In this document: positions 7,531-13,882 of the stretch, piece by piece
Layout of the letters: every line of letters begins with the position of its first letter
Numbering within the stretch: position 1 is the first letter of the stretch
NCBI GenBank assembly: GCA_048941265.1
Contig: JBHLNT010000110.1
Location: 1 to 13,882, forward strand
Length of the DNA: 13,882 nt
DNA from: Promethearchaeota archaeon
GTDB taxonomy: Archaea; Asgardarchaeota; Lokiarchaeia; Sigyniarchaeales; SOKP01
Reading direction: 5' to 3'
Made by a program: the position numbers and the translations under genes
The notes under the pieces: model-generated
What the model was told of the DNA's origin: nothing
The model's input: only the letters and a program-made list of their open reading frames with translations
Database searches by the model: none

Positions 7531-7559
7531 CCTTAATTTTTTTTTCTAATATTTATTTT

Positions 7560-8216
7560 CTAAAAGTTCTTTTCAAATTCCTCATCATCATCTACTATTT
7601 CGATAATTTTAGCGTTCTTATCTCGTTCTGCTCTAATAGTCTCAAGAACTTTTGTGTATTCCTCAATTTTACTCTCTACCACATTTAATCTTGTTTTTAT
7701 TCTATGTTTACCATGCTTTAAATGTGAAATAATTCGCTCTAATCTATCAATATTTCTCAAGGAATAATCATTAACATCAATTTCCTGTTCAAACGGAAAC
7801 TCTGGAAACGGAAAACAACCCATCATTTTCTCCATTGTTTCCTCACTTGGCACTGATGCTTTGATAATCGTTTTTATATAATCTCCTAGTGTAGTAATAC
7901 TTGGCTCGAGATTATCCTCTAAGACCTTTTTTAATTCTTCCTTGCCTTTTTCCGTAATTCTATATACTTTTTTTCTACGATTATTTTCATCAACTAATTC
8001 TTTCATTTCTATTAATAACTTTTTAGAGAGTCGATTTAATAATGGATATATTGTTCCCGCTGAAGCTTGCCATAAATCTTTAAATTTATCGTTAATGTCT
8101 TGAATGAGTTCATAGCCAGTAATGCCAGTTTGGTTTGTAATAATTGATAACACTAAAATCTCTAATCCTGATAATGACTTCTTATGATAACCACTAAATC
8201 TCTTTCCAAAGAACAT
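7560..8216 (-). CDS. PadR-family winged-helix regulator with a C-terminal coiled-coil extension, 218 aa
   Basis: LEILVLSII...TGYELIQDI...WQASAGTIYPLLNRL...RRKKVYRITEKGKEEL. Confidence 0.93.
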   Translation of the reverse strand: MFFGKRFSGYHKKSLSGLEILVLSIITNQTGITGYELIQDINDKFKDLWQASAGTIYPLLNRLSKKLLIEMKELVDENNRRKKVYRITEKGKEELKKVLEDNLEPSITTLGDYIKTIIKASVPSEETMEKMMGCFPFPEFPFEQEIDVNDYSLRNIDRLERIISHLKHGKHRIKTRLNVVESKIEEYTKVLETIRAERDKNAKIIEIVDDDEEFEKNF

Positions 8217-8235
8217 ATTATAATCACTGATCTAT

Positions 8236-8299
8236 TGTTCGATTTTTTTATTCGATCTTAATATATCTAAAATCGAACACCTATTTAAATGTATCGAAT
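8236..8299 (-). promoter_or_regulatory. padR promoter (TTTAAATA box) with an inverted-repeat operator candidate
   Basis: Perfect 11-bp inverted repeat TGTTCGATTTT (8236-8246) / AAAATCGAACA (8269-8279). Extra half-sites TTCGAT (8251-8256) and ATCGAA (8293-8298). Minus-strand TTTAAATA at 8282-8289. Confidence 0.55.
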
Positions 8300-8398
8300 T
8301 TTATTAAAATAAAAAATTTGTAGCAATATTATTCATTCTGAGCAATGAACAGAAAATTATTTCCTTTCTGAAGACATTTTAATTTTTAGCAATTTTAA

Positions 8399-8986
8399 TC
8401 ATGGTTCAATGGTTGAGCCGATCAATTTGAGGAACTGTCTCATCCATTCAGGATGAGCGGGCCAAGCTGGTGCTGTCACAATATTTCCATCAGTCACAGC
8501 ATTGGAAAAAGTTTCATTTGGGCCTTCAACTTTAGCTCCTGCGATAGCACATTCTGGACCACAAGCGGGATAGGGACTGCAAGTTTTATTTTTTAATAAA
8601 TTAGCTGCAACGAGAATTTGAGGTCCATGACAAATTGCGGCAATAGGTTTATTAGTTTCAGCAAAATGTTTTGTAATTTCAATCACTCGTTCATTCAGAC
8701 GAAGATATTCTGGAGCTCTACCTCCAGGAATAACAAGTGCATCATAGTTTTCTGGTTTTATCTCATCAAAAGACATATTTATTGCAAAACGATGACCAGG
8801 GAATTCCGCATAAGTTTGATCGCCTATAAAGTCATGTACTGCTGTCTTGACTGAATCACCGGCTTTCTTATCAGGACAAACAGTATGAACTGTATGTCCA
8901 ACCATAGTTAAGATTTGGTAAGGTACCATAGCCTCATAATCTTCAACAAAATCACCCACAAGCATTAAAATTTTCTTACTTACCAT
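8399..8986 (-). CDS. DJ-1/PfpI family protein (glyoxalase III / intracellular protease type), ~195 aa
   Basis: GDFVEDYE, YDALVIPGGRAPEYL, nucleophile elbow AAICHG, DGNIVTAPAWP. ATG at 8986 lies 9 nt after SD GGAGG. Confidence 0.95.
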   Translation of the reverse strand: MVSKKILMLVGDFVEDYEAMVPYQILTMVGHTVHTVCPDKKAGDSVKTAVHDFIGDQTYAEFPGHRFAINMSFDEIKPENYDALVIPGGRAPEYLRLNERVIEITKHFAETNKPIAAICHGPQILVAANLLKNKTCSPYPACGPECAIAGAKVEGPNETFSNAVTDGNIVTAPAWPAHPEWMRQFLKLIGSTIEP

Positions 8987-9373
8987 AGTCAATTTCCTCC
9001 CAATTGTTATTTACAATTTTTTTTTTTTAAATATTGGTTATTAAAATTATAGTTTTAATAAATGAAAAATAGGAAATCTTAATTTTTAATTATTTACATC
9101 ATTGTAAATAACTAGTAATAATTTAATTTGAAAGAATGGATGGATTTAGACAAATTCCTTTCGAATAATGCATATTGAAGCTATTGTATTTTCAAAAGTC
9201 TAGACTTGTGATAATTAATCTCCTTTTCTAATTATTATTGAGTAAAAAATTAATCATAAAAATTGAACTACATGTCATTTTTAAACGAATTTTTATTTTT
9301 GTACATAATAATTCTTTAAAAATGCAATTTATTAAAATAAATTCAAGAAAAATTAGACATATATATATTAATC

Positions 9374-10120
9374 ATGCCGTATCAAAAAGTCAGAAAAGCA
9401 TTGTTATTTATTTCCTTGCTTTTATTTCCTATAACGCTCAATTACTTCTCACCGTATTTAATAATAGATGCCGCAATGCAGGGAATTATCAACGCAAGTT
9501 TCATCACATTCTCAATATTATTTGTTAGTTCCTTATTCTTTGGGAGATATTGGTGTAGTCATTTTTGCCCTGGGGGTGCTTTGCAAGATTATGCTGGAAT
9601 TGTAGTTAATAATAAACCAGCAAAAGGAGGAAAACGAAACTTGATTAAATATGTCATATGGGTACCATGGTTAGGTACAATAATGACTTTTGCATTTTTA
9701 GCCGGAGGATATACAAAAATAGATTTTTTTTATCAAACACCTTATGGGATATCAGTAGATGAGCCTAGTCGTTATATTATATATTTAGGAATTGTTTTTG
9801 CATTTACAGCGCTTGTTTTTATTGGTGGTAAGAGAGCAGGTTGTCTTTATATTTGTTGGATGGCTCCATTCATGATTATTGGAACAAAAATCAAAAATTA
9901 CTTTAAGTGGCCCTCCTATCACTTAGAAGTAGAACCCGAAAAGTGTAAAGGATGTAAAATTTGTGATAAAAACTGTCCAATGAGTCTAAATGTTAGTGAG
10001 ATGGTTCAGAGCGGAGATATGAGGAATTTGGAGTGTATTTTATGTGGGAATTGCGTTGATAATTGTCCTCAAGGAGTAATAAGGACTGCCTGGAAGTGGA
10101 ACAAAATAGATAATGTTTAG
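9374..10120 (+). CDS. Membrane-bound 4Fe-4S binding protein (NapH/MauN-like polyferredoxin), 248 aa
   Basis: About four TM segments, GRYWCSHFCPGGAL and CLYICW, and two ferredoxin motifs CKGCKICDKNCP and CILCGNCVDNCP. Confidence 0.92.
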   Translation: MPYQKVRKALLFISLLLFPITLNYFSPYLIIDAAMQGIINASFITFSILFVSSLFFGRYWCSHFCPGGALQDYAGIVVNNKPAKGGKRNLIKYVIWVPWLGTIMTFAFLAGGYTKIDFFYQTPYGISVDEPSRYIIYLGIVFAFTALVFIGGKRAGCLYICWMAPFMIIGTKIKNYFKWPSYHLEVEPEKCKGCKICDKNCPMSLNVSEMVQSGDMRNLECILCGNCVDNCPQGVIRTAWKWNKIDNV

Positions 10121-10358
10121 ATTGATTAAAATTATTGAATTAGATTCGAAATTCTTAAGGCACCTTTCTCATGTGTCTTTTATTTTTAATTTAAAAGACT
10201 GTTTAGATATTACTTGAATTAATTCGATGTTAGCTTTAAATTCTATGAAATCTCACTTTATTTTCCCATTCCATAGATATCACGTCGATATTACTCGGTT
10301 CTATAGACAATGGCTCCGAGTAATATCTCGATAATATGCAAATAAAAAAGAGATCACA

Positions 10359-11255
10359 ATGACTGAAACAGAACTGAAAAGAAATACGGCGTGGTATACC
10401 CTAGTAGATTTACTTCAGGACGAGGTACATAAAGAGAAAGCTCAGATTCCTCCATCTTTCGATTCTATTGCGGAGTTTTTAGCAATTTCTCGTCCCATTG
10501 TTGAACTGATTTTAATGAATTGTGGAGATTGGACGGATCAGATCGAACACAGAGATCGTGGAAAACCCCCGATCTCGCATGTAAGCCTTATGCTCATTCA
10601 CATTTTATCAAAGATGTTAGGGATAAGCTACCGTCAGATAGAACGGGAGTTAAGGATTCATGATACCTGGTTAAAAGCATTAAAATTGAAAAAAGCTCCT
10701 TCTCATTCAAGGTTAAGCACGTTTCGGACGGAATTGGGAGAATCGTTTTTTCAAGCATTTTTTTCTAATCTTACGGCCCTGTTGCATAGATTTGACCTCA
10801 TTCAAGGAGATGAAGCTATAATCGATTCTGCTCCGATTATCGCCTCAATGAACTTTGCACGTGTAAATACCAAACCCCAACTTAATTTAGATCATGTAAA
10901 AGCGTTTTTTACCGCTATTGATGTGTCTCCTGCAACCTGTGTCCTCCGAATTTTTAGGAAATCAAAATACAATCCCGAGTCATTTATACGATTTTTTATG
11001 TTTGAAAAACTCGGGGGCTTCCTTTCCACCTCTCAAGCGTTAAAATTCTTAAACAACTATCCTGAAGTTGTAGAACTCCTGGGATTCAAAAATGGGCATA
11101 TGCCAGATTATCAGAACTTTACGTATTTCAAACGGAAGCATGGAGCGGTTTCTGAATTATTAGAGCCTCTGGTTGATGCTGTCACTGAATTTTTTGAACT
11201 GTCAAAAGCGACCCCGGAAGCATCCGATATTGATTTTTTTTTTTGGAGGGTTTAG
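10359..11255 (+). CDS. Transposase, N-terminal part (DUF772-like HTH, first catalytic Asp, second DUF772-like HTH)
   Basis: RGKPP...GISYRQIE...APSHSRLSTFR and AIIDSAPI. The ORF stops just after a T11 run at 11234-11244. Confidence 0.85.
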   Translation: MTETELKRNTAWYTLVDLLQDEVHKEKAQIPPSFDSIAEFLAISRPIVELILMNCGDWTDQIEHRDRGKPPISHVSLMLIHILSKMLGISYRQIERELRIHDTWLKALKLKKAPSHSRLSTFRTELGESFFQAFFSNLTALLHRFDLIQGDEAIIDSAPIIASMNFARVNTKPQLNLDHVKAFFTAIDVSPATCVLRIFRKSKYNPESFIRFFMFEKLGGFLSTSQALKFLNNYPEVVELLGFKNGHMPDYQNFTYFKRKHGAVSELLEPLVDAVTEFFELSKATPEASDIDFFFWRV

Positions 11256-11811
11256 GAAAGATTGGTGCGGTCCTGATGCAGATGCGCGTATCAGATATTG
11301 TACCTCAAAGAAATTAGCCTATATCGGATATAAATGTCATTTATTATGTAGTGCGGAAGATATGACGGTGCTTAACTTTGACATAACTCCCGCTAATCGA
11401 CATGACAGCCAAATGTGCATTCCAATTGTCATTCAGGCTTGTTCTACCCATTTAAAAACCTTGATCAAAAAGTTGTACGGGGATAATGCCTATGATATTG
11501 AACGAAACCGCACATTTTTGGAAGAACATCATATCAGAGTATTGTTTCACACAAAAGAAGAAACGGGAAAGCATCCTAAAAATCCCGTTTCTGCGAAAAA
11601 GAAAAGCAAAAAACGCTCCCGTGTAGAAGCTTTATTCGGAATATCTCAAGAAAATCTGGGTTTTGGAAGAGTTAATGTTCGTGGTTTGGGTAGAGTTTTC
11701 ATAGATACCGCAATAATTTTTTCAGGATGGAATTTTGGTATCTTATATTCGTATTTCATAAATCAATTTAAAGATCGAATAAGTTTAAAAAGATTACTTT
11801 ACAAATCTTAA
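11173..11811 (+). CDS. Transposase, C-terminal DDE part (+1 frame relative to ORF1; probably joined at the T11 run)
   Basis: DADAR...GYKCH, TPANRHDS, LYGDNAYD (second Asp) and KKRSRVEALFG (Glu). Deleting one T fuses both ORFs into ~483 aa. Confidence 0.85.
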   Translation: MMLSLNFLNCQKRPRKHPILIFFFGGFRKDWCGPDADARIRYCTSKKLAYIGYKCHLLCSAEDMTVLNFDITPANRHDSQMCIPIVIQACSTHLKTLIKKLYGDNAYDIERNRTFLEEHHIRVLFHTKEETGKHPKNPVSAKKKSKKRSRVEALFGISQENLGFGRVNVRGLGRVFIDTAIIFSGWNFGILYSYFINQFKDRISLKRLLYKS

Positions 11812-11915
11812 TTAGTGGTTAATTCTAATAATATCTAAACAGTCTTTTTAAATGAAAAAAAGTTAAGAGAATTAAGGATGTTTGAAAAAAGTCCAAAATG
11901 AATATTTTTTATTAA

Positions 11916-12761
11916 TTATTCTTTTTTAAACTCAATCCTTATGAATTTGTAAAACTTTAAAACCCGACTTAATTTAAATAAAAGACGAGTTTTCCTTTTC
12001 CATTTTGGATTCATCTCTAATCCTTTAAAGAAGATATCGCAAGAAACATCCTTTATTCTATCGGACCAATTAAAAATTTTTTTAGGAGTTCCTAAACCGA
12101 ATTCATTATCGACCCCCTCAACCCCTAATTTTTTAAACTTTTTATTAATGATTTTTTTTAATATGGCTGAGGGTACATCAAATAGAAATACACCTCCAAT
12201 GAAGTGTTCTGCCATTTTATCGCATAATTCTCTTAATCTTTTTTCGGGAAAGTAATTTAATAATCCAGCAGCAAGAAACATTATGCCCTTTTCTTCTATA
12301 AATTCAATGTCCTCAAACCATGTATAATTGAAAATTGATTTGGGGATATACTTAGAATTTACCTGAGGAGGTATTAACTTTTCTCTCAAAGCAATTGCTT
12401 CGGGTAAATCTAAATAATACCAAGTAAAATCATTTTTTCCGATGCGCCAATTTACTGTGTCTAGACCACACCCAAGATCAATTATAGTAGCAAAAGGGTG
12501 AATTGCTTTAAACTTTAATAATTCATCATCAAATTTTTTTGCACGGAAGAGAAAATTTAATCCTGCAAATTCATCGATAAATTCTTTCATAATATCAAAA
12601 CCTTCTTGCTGCTCAGGATATAATTGCCATAATTTCTGAAGTATCATTTCAGCTAGTGGATCTTTTAAAATTTCTGGATAGATAGCACTATATTTGGCTC
12701 TTGCCCATAAAGGTCCAACCATTGTAGATTCAATTGTTGCAGAAAATTTTTTCTTGGTCAT
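11916..12761 (-). CDS. Class I SAM-dependent methyltransferase, LCM/TcmP-like, ~281 aa
   Basis: TMVGPLWARA, FRAKKFDD, IIDLGCGLDT, WYYLDLPEAIALR, KSIFNYTWF, AAGLLNYF. ATG at 12761 has TTTAAA 25-30 nt upstream, so the mRNA may be leaderless. Confidence 0.9.
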   Translation of the reverse strand: MTKKKFSATIESTMVGPLWARAKYSAIYPEILKDPLAEMILQKLWQLYPEQQEGFDIMKEFIDEFAGLNFLFRAKKFDDELLKFKAIHPFATIIDLGCGLDTVNWRIGKNDFTWYYLDLPEAIALREKLIPPQVNSKYIPKSIFNYTWFEDIEFIEEKGIMFLAAGLLNYFPEKRLRELCDKMAEHFIGGVFLFDVPSAILKKIINKKFKKLGVEGVDNEFGLGTPKKIFNWSDRIKDVSCDIFFKGLEMNPKWKRKTRLLFKLSRVLKFYKFIRIEFKKE

Positions 12762-12822
12762 ATTAAGAGAAGTATATCTTAATGATTTAAAAAAACTAGC
12801 TTCCTTTGCAGAGGACATTGTC

Positions 12823-12918
12823 TCAAGGAAAAATAAACAAATTATACTCACTCTTTAAAGCGCCAAGATGTACATCTAAGACAATTAAAATATTTGAAGA
12901 ATTTTCTTCATATACCAT
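12823..12918 (-). pseudogene. 5' remnant of a calcineurin-like metallophosphoesterase gene
   Basis: MVYEENSSNILIVLDVHLGALKSEYNLFIFP* contains a beta strand plus the DxHLG motif I, and is preceded by AAGGTAATAAA. Later motifs (GD, GNHD) are absent. Confidence 0.45.
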
Positions 12919-13104
12919 TTTATTACCTTAGAAAACTATGTTTACTTTTGGATTTTTGTAAGCAAAGGACATAAATTCACATATAAATTTTATACTTAAG
13001 TACAATGGTTTTTTATTTCTCAAGAATCTTTTAAACTCAGAGGGATTAAATAATAAAATCTATTCAAAAAGTGCTTTTTTGCTTTATTTTAAATAAAAAA
13101 AAGG

Positions 13105-13653
13105 TTAGGGAATTGAGATAATTTGATAAAAGTCCAGAACTATTAATCCTAAACAGATGAGTTCTAAAAATATCCATAGATTGCGTTTTAAACTTCTCAC
13201 TGCTCCTAATGGTTTACCAGAGTAGTTTATTACATTATAAATGAAGATCACTATCCATGCAGTAAGAAGAAAGGAAACTGGTAATAATAAGACAATAAAT
13301 TGGCGACCAGTATAGGTTAATAGATATTTATAGCCAAGTATTGCAAATCCTGTAATGATAAGAGTGAAGCCGAATCCGAACGAATATTCAGCAAAGGTAA
13401 CAAAGCGGTTAATGCGTTTTTCAGAAACATTACCTAAATTTGCTTCAAAATACGCCTTCGAATTAGCAGTTACAGAATTAACGATAAAAATAAACGAAAT
13501 CATTAGTAAGAAAGTTGCAGTAACTATCCCGCTCAGGGGTGGTACTTGCCATATCAATGCAAGGATTGTCAAAACTGCCCCAATCATTACAGTGCTGAGT
13601 GTAATCCAGTCTCTCACATTTATTTTTTTAGATGCATCTTCTTGATTACTCAT
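13105..13653 (-). CDS. Hypothetical integral membrane protein (~5 TM), 182 aa
   Basis: Clean ORF with five hydrophobic segments; no family recognised. Confidence 0.8.
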   Translation of the reverse strand: MSNQEDASKKINVRDWITLSTVMIGAVLTILALIWQVPPLSGIVTATFLLMISFIFIVNSVTANSKAYFEANLGNVSEKRINRFVTFAEYSFGFGFTLIITGFAILGYKYLLTYTGRQFIVLLLPVSFLLTAWIVIFIYNVINYSGKPLGAVRSLKRNLWIFLELICLGLIVLDFYQIISIP

Positions 13654-13703
13654 TTTCTAAACCAATAAATTATTCTTTTAATAAAATTACTATTAGCACA
13701 GAA

Positions 13704-13716
13704 TATATAAATTTTG
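13704..13716 (-). promoter_or_regulatory. BRE/TATA-like promoter of the membrane protein gene
   Basis: Minus strand CAAAA-TTTATATA about 50-60 nt upstream of the ATG at 13653. Confidence 0.45.
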
Positions 13717-13882
13717 ATGTTATTATTGAAGAAATCACTTTTTTATTCTTTATTTGACTTGAACTTATTAGGTAGATTTTACAAAATTGTCAGGGATTCC
13801 TATACATTAAAGTAAAAATTTATATTTTTGTAAAAAAAAAGTAACCTACTTCTGAAATCTAATAAAACAAAAAATAAATCAA

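Larger units (their letters stand above)
10194..11847 (+). mobile_element. Complete insertion sequence (~1.65 kb), IS5/IS1182-like DDE family
   Basis: Terminal inverted repeats AAAGACTGTTTAGATATTAcTtGAATTAA (left, from 10194) and AAAGACTGTTTAGATATTAtTaGAATTAA (right, from 11847), with 2 mismatches. The TSD is TTA for ends 10194/11847 or TTTAA for ends 10195/11846. Confidence 0.92.

Noticed and set aside
6737-7534. Hairpins flanking hsp20 considered as Loki-type SECIS elements
   Set aside because: No neighbouring gene has a plausible in-frame Sec UGA, and the stem geometry does not fit a SECIS core plus apical AA loop.
9196-9230. Palindrome AAGTCTAGACTT and an orphan SD-like AAGGAG on the minus strand
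   Set aside because: No start codon or ORF follows, and a single 12-bp palindrome is weak evidence.
8618-9528. ORFs 8618-8854 and 9238-9528
   Set aside because: The first is antisense to DJ-1/PfpI and the second overlaps the polyferredoxin out of frame; neither has motifs.
13355-13645. 96-aa plus-strand ORF
   Set aside because: Antisense shadow of the membrane protein gene.
1-13882. CRISPR arrays, tRNA or rRNA genes
   Set aside because: No regularly spaced repeats, cloverleaf motifs or rRNA-like GC-rich segments were seen.

Overview
Very AT-rich archaeal DNA whose gene content (a Rab-like small GTPase of the WDFGGE/GGKLD type, longin-like domain fusions, a CdrS-like RHH protein, TATA-type promoters) suggests an Asgard archaeon, probably Lokiarchaeia; this is an inference. 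Left to right: the 3' part of an N6-adenine DNA methyltransferase, a tandem DUF6125/V4R-like protein, an amidohydrolase, a Rab-like GTPase convergent with two paralogous 7-TM + longin-like membrane proteins, an RHH regulator, Hsp20, a possible 50-aa membrane peptide, PadR, DJ-1/PfpI, a membrane polyferredoxin, a complete IS5/IS1182-like element with a frameshifted transposase, an LCM/TcmP-like methyltransferase, a short phosphoesterase remnant and a membrane protein. The best signal is that the GTPase and both 7TM-longin genes lie between two copies of a ~70-bp direct repeat (3048-3118 and 6326-6396). The repeat duplicates the 3' end and terminator of the RHH gene, so the three genes look like one inserted ~3.3-kb cassette and a candidate membrane-receptor/longin-GEF/small-GTPase signalling module. 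All family calls come from motif recognition by eye, not from database searches.
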